Below are positions 1-8,957 of a DNA stretch of 54,788 nt, piece by piece (positions within the stretch are counted from its first letter, which is position 1; each line of letters begins with the position of its first letter). A program made the translations under genes and the position numbers. The DNA lies in the IMG/VR virus record IMGVR_UViG_3300045988_124937, positions 1 to 54,788 of that record. The stretch is one strand, 5' to 3'. This DNA is from a virus. The notes beneath the pieces are model-generated. The model was not told the DNA's origin and made no database searches. It saw nothing but the letters and a program-made list of their open reading frames with translations.

Positions 1-55
1 CGTCTTCGCTCTGGGTCGCTCCCTCGTCACCATGATTCCTGCGCTCTACGCTATC
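1..55. repeat. Terminal overlap, identical to 54734..54788 (circular or circularly permuted assembly; unit genome 54,733 bp)
   Basis: cgtcttcgctctgggtcgctccctcgtcaccatgattcctgcgctctacgctatc is read at both window ends. Confidence 0.95.
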
Positions 56-2554
56 CCCGGTCTGGTGGCATCGTTCGGAGTGGCTACTTGGGCTACGGTG
101 AACGCGCTCAAGAAGTGGGACGAGAAGATGAAGGACGTCAATGACCGCTTCAAGGACTTGAACAGCCGCGCGGCAAACAAGTTCTGGGATGCGTTCGAGG
201 CCCCGATGCGTCGCCTCATCAACAACCTGTTCCCCGCATGGGAGCGTGGCTTCCTCAACATGTCCGAAGCGATGGGCAACTTCTTCGTCAAGGCGATTGA
301 GGGTGCGGAGCGCTACGCCTCGCAGGGCGGCATGAACCGCATCTTCGACTCCATGACTAAGGGCGTGGAGTCGATGTCTCGCGCTATGGCACCTTTGACC
401 GAGGGTCTTCTGCGCTTCGTGGAGATTGGCGTATCCTACTTCCCGCGCTTCGGTGACTGGTTCACCGACATGGCGAACAAGTTCAATGACTGGACCAAGA
501 CTGCGGACATCACCTCCGCAATTGATAAGGGTGTCCAGGCGATGAAGGACTTGTGGCGTGTCGCCGTCGAGACGTGGAATATCCTAGATGCTATTTCCAA
601 GGCAGCGACGGCAGCTGGCGGCGCTACGCTTGGCGACTTCGCGGATGCGCTGGGTCGTCTCCACGAGCGCCTGGAAACTGTGCAGTCCCAGTGGATTCTG
701 ACCACCTTGTTCAAGGGCGCTAATGACGCGATGTTCGAGCTCGGCAAGAGCTTCGAGGTTATCTGGGATGCTCTCAGCCGCACCGCAGATAAGGTCGCTC
801 AGGTGATGGTCGGCATCTCCGGCATCGTCAATGCCTTCGTGGATATGATGACTCGTGCCTTCTCTGACACCCGCTTCACGGATGAGTTTGTTCAGGCGAT
901 TCAGGACGTGAAGACCGGCATGGAACAACTGGCTCCGCACGGGTACGATTTGGGAGCCGTCCTCGGTTCCATCTCGTCGGTGGTCGGCACTATGGCAAAG
1001 GTCTTCTTCCCCATCTTCGGTGCAGTTCTTGGAGAGCTGGCACCCATCTTCCAGGACCTCGCACGAGCGGCTGAGGCAGTCATCCCCGTGCTGGGTACCT
1101 GGTTGAAGGATGCGATCAAGGGCATCGGAGACGTTATCGGACCCATCATCGACAAGTTCGCTGATTGGGTAGAGAAGAACCCTGAGCTGGCGGCGACGCT
1201 GGGCATCGTAGCGGTTGCTATTGGTGGAATTATGGCTGTTGTCGGACCGGCTCTGGGTGCTCTGGCTGGTTTTATCGGTACTGTCACCTCCATCTTCGGT
1301 GGTGTTGGTGCGGTGGTCGGTGCGTTCTCGGCGGGTGGCGCGCTAGAGGCAGTCGGCGCGGCTGTAGCTTCGGCGGCGGCTCCTATCGCTATCGCCGTCG
1401 CTGCTGTGTTGGCTTTGGCGTTTGCGTTCAAGTACACCTGGGACCACTCCGAGGAGTTCCGTAAGCGTATCGAGTCTATCGGCAAGCACATCGAAGAAGC
1501 CGCTCAGCCGCTCGTGAAGTTCTTCAACGACGAACTGCGACCGGCTCTTGAGGATGCATGGGGTCACATTCAGAACGCCTTCAAGAAGGTGGGCGACGGT
1601 ATCCAGACCTTCATGGAAGGCGTAGCGGATCTGGCTGATGCGCTTGCCCCCGCCTTGCAGCCGGTGGTGTGGCTGTTTACGGAGATCTTCGGACCCATCC
1701 TCAAGGCTATCATCGACAACGCCGCGCGCCTCTTCGAGCACATCTTCCAGGTTGTCGGCAGTGTCTTCGGTGCTATCGGTGAGATCTTCAAGACCATCGC
1801 AGCTCTGTTGCGAGGGGACTTCTCCGGCGCGCTGGAGCATTTGAAGAACGCCTTCAAGAACGTGTTCGACGCGATCTTCAACCTGGTCGGTGCAGTCATC
1901 CGTGGTATTCTGCTGTGGATCAGTACAGGGATAGGTCGTATCGCGGGCTTCGCCGGGAAGCTACCCGGCATGGTGTGGGACTTCATCAAGGGTATCCCCG
2001 GCGTGTTGGCCAAGGTACCCGAGATGATCTTCAACATCTTCAAGCGCCTGAACCTGTTCAACTCTGGACATAACCTCATCATCGGTTTCGGACAGGGTAT
2101 CGTCAAGGCCTTTAACAAGGTCAAGGAATGGACGCTAGACATGCTCGGCTGGTTGCGAAGCCTGTTCCCGTTCTCACCGGCGAAGCGAGGCCCGTTCTCG
2201 CGAAGCGCTCCGGGCGGTTATCTCGACACCTCGGGTGGAAAGATGATGCGTGACTGGGGTAAGGGTATCGTAGCTCAGCAGGGCTTCCTGTCAGACAGCA
2301 TCAGTACCATGATGGAGGACATCAAGAGCGACATCGACTTTGATATTGCTCCCGCGATTAGCACGCAGAACATGGACCTGGGCTTCGATGCCCGAGGCGA
2401 CGTGCGCCTCTCGGGTAGCTTGACCGGCAGCCTGGAGACGGCTCTGATGAGCGCACTGTCCAGCGGTGTAGAATTGAGGATGTCAAAGGATACGGGCCGC
2501 GCTATCCTCAGCTACGGGGAGAGCGCGATGCGAGCCAGCCGCTCTAGCTGGTAA
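1..2554 (+). CDS. Tape measure protein, C-terminal portion (continues from 52104..54788 across the junction; 1,727 aa in total)
   Basis: Codon phase at position 2/32 equals that of ATG 52104 once the 55-bp overlap is removed. Gly/Ala-rich hydrophobic core. Lies directly downstream of the G/GT chaperones. Stop at 2552-2554. Confidence 0.9.
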   Translation, partial: VFALGRSLVTMIPALYAIPGLVASFGVATWATVNALKKWDEKMKDVNDRFKDLNSRAANKFWDAFEAPMRRLINNLFPAWERGFLNMSEAMGNFFVKAIEGAERYASQGGMNRIFDSMTKGVESMSRAMAPLTEGLLRFVEIGVSYFPRFGDWFTDMANKFNDWTKTADITSAIDKGVQAMKDLWRVAVETWNILDAISKAATAAGGATLGDFADALGRLHERLETVQSQWILTTLFKGANDAMFELGKSFEVIWDALSRTADKVAQVMVGISGIVNAFVDMMTRAFSDTRFTDEFVQAIQDVKTGMEQLAPHGYDLGAVLGSISSVVGTMAKVFFPIFGAVLGELAPIFQDLARAAEAVIPVLGTWLKDAIKGIGDVIGPIIDKFADWVEKNPELAATLGIVAVAIGGIMAVVGPALGALAGFIGTVTSIFGGVGAVVGAFSAGGALEAVGAAVASAAAPIAIAVAAVLALAFAFKYTWDHSEEFRKRIESIGKHIEEAAQPLVKFFNDELRPALEDAWGHIQNAFKKVGDGIQTFMEGVADLADALAPALQPVVWLFTEIFGPILKAIIDNAARLFEHIFQVVGSVFGAIGEIFKTIAALLRGDFSGALEHLKNAFKNVFDAIFNLVGAVIRGILLWISTGIGRIAGFAGKLPGMVWDFIKGIPGVLAKVPEMIFNIFKRLNLFNSGHNLIIGFGQGIVKAFNKVKEWTLDMLGWLRSLFPFSPAKRGPFSRSAPGGYLDTSGGKMMRDWGKGIVAQQGFLSDSISTMMEDIKSDIDFDIAPAISTQNMDLGFDARGDVRLSGSLTGSLETALMSALSSGVELRMSKDTGRAILSYGESAMRASRSSW

Positions 2555-2572
2555 TGATGAAAGGAGATAGGG

Positions 2573-3475
2573 GTGGCCTTCCAGATGGACACCGTGATCC
2601 CCCAGTTCGATGGGTTGGACGGACTAAAGTACGATGCCACGGTGGTGTCGCTTGAGGGTAAGGTCATCCCTATCGCCTTTGGCGAGACAATTACCCACTC
2701 CTACGACGGTGCGAGGTTCAACACATTCACCTCGGCGCGAGGTGTGCAGAGCATTTCGTACCGGGGTGACGCTCCGCGCTCGCTCAGCGTGGCAGTTACC
2801 AAGGTGCCGTGGAAGTACGTTGCCACCGTTACCAACTTGGAACGTATGCAGCGCAAGCCGCTGTATGTTATCACCTCCTTGTCGCGCCGTCTGAACGTTC
2901 TGCCGCCCTGGTTGGACTGGAGCGACGTTCGGACGGGGCGGGCGCGGCATGGTAATAACTGGCCGGAGGCTAAGCTGGACAAGACGGCGCGAACCCTGAG
3001 CGACATCGCGCGTACCGAAATGGCTTCCTATGGCCCCTACGTGATGGAAGTTATCAACACCAGGAACGCGAACATCTACGGTCGAGAGGCGTCACTCCCG
3101 ACGGGGGTTGTCTACTGCTTCCGTGCGGGCTTGCAGGCGAGCGGCGGAGCCACCGCTTCTGTTGGTCTTGTTGGTTTCGACAAGAACGGCAATAAGGTGT
3201 GGGAGTCGCCTGCTATCTGGGCAACCCAGAACTGGGAAGTGAAGACGTCCGGTCGCTTTATCATCCCGGAGGAGGTGGCTACAGTCCGCGACTATTATGA
3301 CGCCGGTATTAGCTCCTTCTCCCCTATTCAGTTGTGGATTGGGGAGCACGAGCCGCCGCCCGCGCCTCGAATGGGTGGCACGTTCCAGATCGCAGACCTC
3401 AGCTTCACCGAAGCACCCAGCACCAAGGCGAAGCTCTATGATGTTTCGTTCACTTTGAAGGAGGTGGCTCCGTGA
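2573..3475 (+). CDS. Minor tail protein (distal-tail/Dit-like by position)
   Basis: 300-aa ORF with a GTG start after aaaggagatagggGTG. It is the first gene after the tape measure. Function is inferred from synteny only. Confidence 0.7.
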   Translation: MAFQMDTVIPQFDGLDGLKYDATVVSLEGKVIPIAFGETITHSYDGARFNTFTSARGVQSISYRGDAPRSLSVAVTKVPWKYVATVTNLERMQRKPLYVITSLSRRLNVLPPWLDWSDVRTGRARHGNNWPEAKLDKTARTLSDIARTEMASYGPYVMEVINTRNANIYGREASLPTGVVYCFRAGLQASGGATASVGLVGFDKNGNKVWESPAIWATQNWEVKTSGRFIIPEEVATVRDYYDAGISSFSPIQLWIGEHEPPPAPRMGGTFQIADLSFTEAPSTKAKLYDVSFTLKEVAP

Positions 3476-6003
3476 GCCCTATCTCGCATACGATCACGTC
3501 TGAGACACTTGAGTGGAAGGGCATTATCCTTCCTGTCGCGGATGTTGTGGTGACGCACGAGTTCTCGCCGCTGCCCAAGGACGTATCCCCCGGCAAGCGC
3601 ACTCCACTCACGGTAACGTGTACGGCTCGTAAGCGGGCGTCGCCCACCTACGTCATGCAAACGCCTTTCGAGGGGGGAGTGCCGGACCAGGGCGACGAGG
3701 TGACCTTGACCCTGTTCAAGCGGTATGGAGATGAAGGTAGCACTCGCACGCACCCGCTCAGGATGGTAGTAGACGAGATTGAATACGATGGGGACAACCT
3801 GTCGCTGCGCCTCATTCAGCGCGTCGATGCCTTCTCTACTACCGTCTCCATCTCTCCGTGCCCGCCACACCACACTCGGTACTGGGCGACCCGCAATGAT
3901 AAGGACGTCAAGGAACAGGTCGGAGACGAGGGGGAAACCCGAAGTGTACTCCCGTCCCTTCGGTGGCCCCTCTACTGGGCGCTCCGTGCGGGCGGGTACT
4001 CAGTGACACCCCCTCCGCTTCCGACGATCGAGCTCGACCTGCCTCTGCAGGGAGCGTACACCACGAACACCTGGGACAATCCGTATTATTCACAAAATGC
4101 GGACCGTGACGCTGCGATCTTGTCTGACGCTAAGGCGATTGACTTCTTCCAGAATCCCGGCGCGGCAGGCGCTGCCAGCAAGGAACCCGAGGGAGTGAAT
4201 GGTATCGGGTTTGCAGGCGAGCTGGCGAGGTCACGTTCTAATAAGGATGGAACTGAGCCCCCGTCCGGCGCGACGCTCAACGGTGTGTGGTTTATGACCG
4301 AAGGCATTGTCCAGGTAACCCAGGCCAAGGTGCATCAGTCTATTTGGGGACAGCGCTACAGCCGCGGGAACACATTCACCTCCTTTATGATTGTCCGCGG
4401 GTCGGATAAGGTGGAGAATCCCGATAACCTGTACCAGGTGAAGTTTTGTACGAGCGCACGGCGCGGCCTGGCTCTGCGATGGAACCAAGCCGGGCATTTC
4501 TGGGTGTACAGCTCCTCGTACCCCCAAGAGTGGGTGGGATTCTCCCCCTCGTCCGAGTCGGTCGTCAAGGAGTTTGATATTGACGGCTGGCACGGGCGAC
4601 GCGAGATTCCAGTGGTTATCGAACAGATTGCTGACCAGGTGACTATCCGCATCGGCACCCTTCACGAGGTGCAGTTCAACACCCCCTCGGTTTCGGGGCG
4701 CTACGGCGCTACTCCTACCTGGGTTGAGGTGTGGATTCACAATCCCACGAAGTCTGCCGCAATGGGTGTTACGGGCGTGCAGGTTGCGGGTATTCCAACG
4801 GAAGAACCGTACAAGAGTCGGTTTATGGAGGTGGCGAAGGACTACCACCGCTTCACTCCGACGGCTCGTATCTTCTCTAACCCCATCCTCTACACCCAGG
4901 GAGTGCTCCCCTCAGTCCGGGCGAAGCCTGCAGGCGAGGTATTGGACGACATCTGTAGCTCCGCCGGTCTTACTTGGTGGATTCGACCCGATGGGGTAGC
5001 GGTTGTTGTGCCCTTGGAGGATCTAGAGCGCTCCAGCTACGGCTCCACCTATGCGATCAACGTGTCGTCGGATGTGAAGGACATCAGCATCTCTAAATCC
5101 GCTGTGGACGCAAAGTCATCTCTTGAAGTTGAGTACGCTGCTGTGGCGATGTGCTCCTTCGAGGAGGCCCGGTGGGTAATCTACGAGGGTGGTGGTTACG
5201 CAGACCGCAATAAGCCGATAGAAATCATGCTCACTGCGGATGAGGAGCTCGACTGGCTGGAGCCCGACTTTACGGTAGAGGAAATGTCTACCCAGGGGTA
5301 CCGCTGGCTCAAGAGCGGCGTAGGTTCCTTCTATGGTGGTGGCACCGAGCACCAGATGCAATGGTATGACCAGAAAGGGGTATTGCAGAGCGGGCCGAAG
5401 TCTTCTACGGCGATGGATTCCACCTTCACGCTCGATAAAATTACTCCCTGGAGTGTTCGGATGACCACTAAATACACCGCCCAGGGATGGATGCCGAACC
5501 CCGGCGGTGGCCGGTTCTGGAATAGGGTGAATGAAGGAGCGCTACAGGCTGTACCTAACTGGGAAAACCGACGTTGGGCACTGGACGCTGGAGCACCGGC
5601 GCAGATCGACGCGCCCATTCACGGGCTACCCATCATCCGTGCCCGCGGGCAGATCAAGCGCGCGAAGAAGACCGGCACCGTTACGGGACCTATTCATAAC
5701 GCTGGTGTGTTGCAGGTGGGTAGTTGGGACTGGTTGATGGGGTCCAGCTTTGCGCGGTATGCGGGCAACGCTATCGGCCCCTGGGTGCTCCGACCCCGAC
5801 TCCAGATTAAGTCCTTGGTCATCCGCTACCGCCCCGAGGTGTCCATCGGAGACACGGTGAACATTTACGGCACCTACGGCTCTGAGATGGGCCGCACGTT
5901 CGATGGGACTCTGACCGGAATCGTGTACTCGGTGACGCACTCCCCGAGTGTTGGCGAGACATCTCTCGGTGTGATGGTCAAGCCGCCGAAGCCGCAGGCA
6001 TAA
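3472..6003 (+). CDS. Minor tail protein (Tal-like tail tip/hub by position)
   Basis: 843-aa ORF overlapping the upstream stop by 4 nt. It is the second gene after the tape measure, which is the typical siphovirus order. Confidence 0.7.
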   Translation: MSPISHTITSETLEWKGIILPVADVVVTHEFSPLPKDVSPGKRTPLTVTCTARKRASPTYVMQTPFEGGVPDQGDEVTLTLFKRYGDEGSTRTHPLRMVVDEIEYDGDNLSLRLIQRVDAFSTTVSISPCPPHHTRYWATRNDKDVKEQVGDEGETRSVLPSLRWPLYWALRAGGYSVTPPPLPTIELDLPLQGAYTTNTWDNPYYSQNADRDAAILSDAKAIDFFQNPGAAGAASKEPEGVNGIGFAGELARSRSNKDGTEPPSGATLNGVWFMTEGIVQVTQAKVHQSIWGQRYSRGNTFTSFMIVRGSDKVENPDNLYQVKFCTSARRGLALRWNQAGHFWVYSSSYPQEWVGFSPSSESVVKEFDIDGWHGRREIPVVIEQIADQVTIRIGTLHEVQFNTPSVSGRYGATPTWVEVWIHNPTKSAAMGVTGVQVAGIPTEEPYKSRFMEVAKDYHRFTPTARIFSNPILYTQGVLPSVRAKPAGEVLDDICSSAGLTWWIRPDGVAVVVPLEDLERSSYGSTYAINVSSDVKDISISKSAVDAKSSLEVEYAAVAMCSFEEARWVIYEGGGYADRNKPIEIMLTADEELDWLEPDFTVEEMSTQGYRWLKSGVGSFYGGGTEHQMQWYDQKGVLQSGPKSSTAMDSTFTLDKITPWSVRMTTKYTAQGWMPNPGGGRFWNRVNEGALQAVPNWENRRWALDAGAPAQIDAPIHGLPIIRARGQIKRAKKTGTVTGPIHNAGVLQVGSWDWLMGSSFARYAGNAIGPWVLRPRLQIKSLVIRYRPEVSIGDTVNIYGTYGSEMGRTFDGTLTGIVYSVTHSPSVGETSLGVMVKPPKPQA

Positions 6004-6024
6004 CCGCTTGATGGTACACTGAAT

Positions 6025-6069
6025 AATAAGCCCCGCCCCGGCCTCCTAGATTACGGGGCGGGGCTTATT
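6025..6069 (+). terminator. 15-bp stem hairpin (AATAAGCCCCGCCCC / GGGGCGGGGCTTATT, 15-nt loop)
   Basis: Perfect inverted repeat read directly, 22 nt after the stop at 6003. Followed by gtgTATAAAtgg and an RBS for the 6100 gene. Confidence 0.6.
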
Positions 6070-6099
6070 GCGTGTATAAATGGACCACGAGAAGGTATA

Positions 6100-7584
6100 A
6101 TGAGCGACTTTAATCAGAACCCCAGTGAGAACGACCCGATTGTAGGCGAGGTAGATAAGGCTGTTGCCGCTATTGCTCGGCGTGTGTTCCGGGAGCAGAT
6201 GAACACTGCCGTGGCCTCGAAGGGGGAAGTTATGGAGTTGGTACGAGCAGCGGTAGCGGCACAGGTGGAACCCACCGAGGTTGCCCCGGCGGGTAACCGT
6301 AACCCGCACCACGTGGATGTCACCATGCCGCCCTACAACGCAGACCCCACTGGCGTAGCGGATGCACGTAAGCCGATTCAGGATGCTATCGACGCGGTAT
6401 CCGCGGCAGGTGGCGGCACTGTGTTCATCCCCGCAGGCGAGTATAAGGTCACCGACCCGTATATTGAACTCAAGGGCTTTGTTCAGGTGGTTGGTGCGGG
6501 TATGAACCAGACCCAGATTATCGCTCAGCCGAGTACTAATGTGTCCGCAGATAAGACGGGCGTATTCCACACCGGCACCTGGAACAAGAAAGTTACCGAC
6601 CCGAACCGCCTGCGCTTCGGCGTGTCTAACCTGTGGATTCGAGGTCGCAAGGGCGGCAAGCACCACCAGCAGCATATCCCCAACCTGTGTGGCGTGCTGT
6701 TCAATACGTACCTGGGTGAAGGCCCGGCAGACCCGGACTGCGTGGCGACCCTGAACTTCGTTGAGGTGTGGGGTATGGAGACGGGTATCGCGATTCTCGG
6801 TTTGGATGACCAGGCGATGAAGTGCCACGGCCTCAAGGTGCGCCAGTCGTTGCAGGCTGGCTTGGTTGTCGGTAAGCCTATAGGTCACCCCGAAGGTGGC
6901 GGTGGTGCTGCGGATAACAAGTTCTTCGGGGCGGACATTGGCGGCTCGAACATCTCCAACGGCGACTTTGCGGGTATCGAAGTGTACACATCGCAGACTA
7001 AGTTCATCGGCTCTACGAGTTGGTACACCCACTCGGGCGCAACCTTCAATGGGTTGTATGGTCTGCCTTCCGGTGCAGTGAAGGGGGACGACAACAAGCC
7101 GTATGCCCCCAAGGAGCCGGTGAACCGTAACGCGCAGAAGAACGGTGCGGGCTGGTACATCGCGGCCACTAAATGCACCTTCTCCGCGTGCGAAGCACAG
7201 GAAAACGGCGGTCACGGTTTCGTCATCCGGTACGGCGATAACTGCCTGTCCGCGTGCCGCTCCGAGTCCTCCAGTTACCGGGGCACCCAGCACGGTAGCG
7301 CCGGGGCGGAGTCCAGCGCAGACTTCTACGTGTGCAATGAGGGCGCTAAGAACACTATCATCAACAGCTGTACTGCGGCGAAGGCGCGCCCCTCGGAGGG
7401 TGGCGCTCGTTGGGGTTTCTACGTCGAGGGCTGGGTGAACAACCTGGACATCTCGCACTGCACCACGGTGAACATCCCGACCCCAGCCGGTGCAACGCAC
7501 CCGGTGCATCTCGGCACGACCGCAGGTGATAACGTCTATGTCCAGGTCGATAAGTTCGTGAAGAATACTCGACCGGCGGCGTAA
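6100..7584 (+). CDS. Tailspike/tail fibre with right-handed beta-helix, pectate-lyase-superfamily-like (putative depolymerase)
   Basis: N-terminal signature NADPTGVADARKPIQDAIDAVSAAGGGTVFIPAGEYKV matches the pectate_lyase_3-type motif (DPTG..D...AIQ.AID.A...GGG.V..P.G.Y). Gly/Asn-rich repeats follow. Confidence 0.75.
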   Translation: MSDFNQNPSENDPIVGEVDKAVAAIARRVFREQMNTAVASKGEVMELVRAAVAAQVEPTEVAPAGNRNPHHVDVTMPPYNADPTGVADARKPIQDAIDAVSAAGGGTVFIPAGEYKVTDPYIELKGFVQVVGAGMNQTQIIAQPSTNVSADKTGVFHTGTWNKKVTDPNRLRFGVSNLWIRGRKGGKHHQQHIPNLCGVLFNTYLGEGPADPDCVATLNFVEVWGMETGIAILGLDDQAMKCHGLKVRQSLQAGLVVGKPIGHPEGGGGAADNKFFGADIGGSNISNGDFAGIEVYTSQTKFIGSTSWYTHSGATFNGLYGLPSGAVKGDDNKPYAPKEPVNRNAQKNGAGWYIAATKCTFSACEAQENGGHGFVIRYGDNCLSACRSESSSYRGTQHGSAGAESSADFYVCNEGAKNTIINSCTAAKARPSEGGARWGFYVEGWVNNLDISHCTTVNIPTPAGATHPVHLGTTAGDNVYVQVDKFVKNTRPAA

Positions 7585-7613
7585 CATCACCCGCCCACGG
7601 TGCGGTAGAATAT

Positions 7614-7657
7614 ACATAATGCCCCTACTCGACTACCTGTCGTTAGGGGCATTATGT
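7614..7657 (+). terminator. 14-bp stem hairpin (ACATAATGCCCCTA / TAGGGGCATTATGT, 16-nt loop)
   Basis: Perfect inverted repeat 30 nt after the stop at 7584. Built like the 6025 hairpin: AT-rich base, CCCC top, 15-16-nt loop. Confidence 0.6.
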
Positions 7658-7682
7658 ATGCATACGACATGAGGAGATTTTC

Positions 7683-8957
7683 ATGGAAAACTTCGCGAAG
7701 AAGCTTGGCTGGCCTATCGAGGGCTCAGCTGTCCCGTCGCACTCTTCGGTGGCGGAAACTACGGAGGACGTAATCGCCCGCGTGGTGAAGAAGGAGATCG
7801 CCCGTTTCGGTGGTAGCGGCAACACCGGCACCGGGAACACTGGCGGCGTTGTGAGCCAGGAGTCCTTGGCAAAGCTCCTCGGGCTGTGGTTCGTGCGTTC
7901 CGAGACTGCGCCCCCGACTACTATGTTTGGGGTACCCGTAGTTTGGGTAGACGCCTCTGGCCGAGTAACCCCCATCCCGTCCCCCGCGACCCCCACTCCG
8001 GCCCCTGTTACTCCTGCACCCGTTACTCCTGCACCCGTTACTCCCGCCCCGGCTCCGGTAGTCAAGCAGGCACGACCCGAACCGCCGACCTTCTCCAGCT
8101 CGGGTAAGAGCTACACGGTTCCTGTTGTGGATGGTGTGAGCTACGAGGAAGGAGGCCGCGTTGTCACTGGTACTGTCGCCGTAGTGCCCCCCAAGACCGT
8201 CACGGTGGTTGCAAAGCCCAAGCAGGGGTACTCCTTCCCCGTGGGTACTATCTCCTCGTGGTCCTTCGAGTTTGACACTGCCAGCTCCCCGTTCGATGAC
8301 GCAGTGCTTCCGCTGACCTCCTATTTCCGCCTGGATGATGCGCCCGGCGCGACCACTCCTCGCGACCGTGGCATTACCCCGCTGACTCTCATCACCAAAT
8401 ATGGCAACACTCTCAACCCCGGCGCTCCGGGTATCGGCATTGGCGCAACCTCCGCCCGAGCCACCGGCAACGGCTTTATCGCCGCGCAGTTCAACCCGTC
8501 CGAAGTGCGCGCTTACACTGCGATTTCGGTCCACAAGGTTAACCGCAAATACACCCAGAGTCGTAGTGCCACCGCGCTGTGGTCTAACTCCATGCCGTCG
8601 CTACTAGTGATGACCATTAAGGACGGGGATCGCACTGTGGTCAATTTCCAGAGCGCCGGCGGCGCGACGACCACCACCGTGAACCCCGTCCCCACGCTGG
8701 CAGACGGCGATATCGCCGTACTGGTCCAGACCTGGGATGGCACCACCATTCACGGCTACGTGAACGGCGTAGAGGTGCTTACTATCCCGTGGGCTGGTTC
8801 CGCTTCCACCAATGACGCGCTGAAGATTGCTTCATGGGGCGCACCCGACAGTAGTGAAATCCACCTCGCCGGTGTCGGCTTCCTGAAGGGCGAAGCAAAG
8901 AGCGCCGAATGGGTCCGCGCCGCATATGAGGCCGCCAAGCAAGGAGCCGCGGCCTAA
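7683..8957 (+). CDS. Minor tail protein with Pro/Thr linker and C-terminal LamG/ConA-like lectin fold
   Basis: RBS gaggagattttcATG. Linker PAPVTPAPVTPAPVTPAPAPV. C-terminal LVQTWDGTTIHGYVNGVEVLT resembles the Laminin_G_3 core. Confidence 0.65.
   Translation: MENFAKKLGWPIEGSAVPSHSSVAETTEDVIARVVKKEIARFGGSGNTGTGNTGGVVSQESLAKLLGLWFVRSETAPPTTMFGVPVVWVDASGRVTPIPSPATPTPAPVTPAPVTPAPVTPAPAPVVKQARPEPPTFSSSGKSYTVPVVDGVSYEEGGRVVTGTVAVVPPKTVTVVAKPKQGYSFPVGTISSWSFEFDTASSPFDDAVLPLTSYFRLDDAPGATTPRDRGITPLTLITKYGNTLNPGAPGIGIGATSARATGNGFIAAQFNPSEVRAYTAISVHKVNRKYTQSRSATALWSNSMPSLLVMTIKDGDRTVVNFQSAGGATTTTVNPVPTLADGDIAVLVQTWDGTTIHGYVNGVEVLTIPWAGSASTNDALKIASWGAPDSSEIHLAGVGFLKGEAKSAEWVRAAYEAAKQGAAA
8001..8045 (+). 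repeat. 3 x 15-bp tandem repeat encoding (PAPVT)n
   Basis: gcccctgttactcct / gcacccgttactcct / gcacccgttactccc, read directly. Confidence 0.9.

Noticed and set aside
1-55. Biological direct terminal repeat
   Set aside because: The repeat falls in the middle of the tape measure coding sequence and preserves its frame exactly. This is what an arbitrary circularisation overlap produces. Real termini are expected near the terminase genes.
6046-7617. 523-aa minus-strand ORF
   Set aside because: It is antisense to the well-supported beta-helix tailspike gene. The Arg/Val/His-rich composition is typical of GC-rich antisense frames, and its ends run through the flanking hairpins.
7652-8065. Minus-strand ORF with (GAGVT)n repeats
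   Set aside because: It is the mirror image of the (PAPVT)n-coding 15-bp repeats of the plus-strand tail gene.
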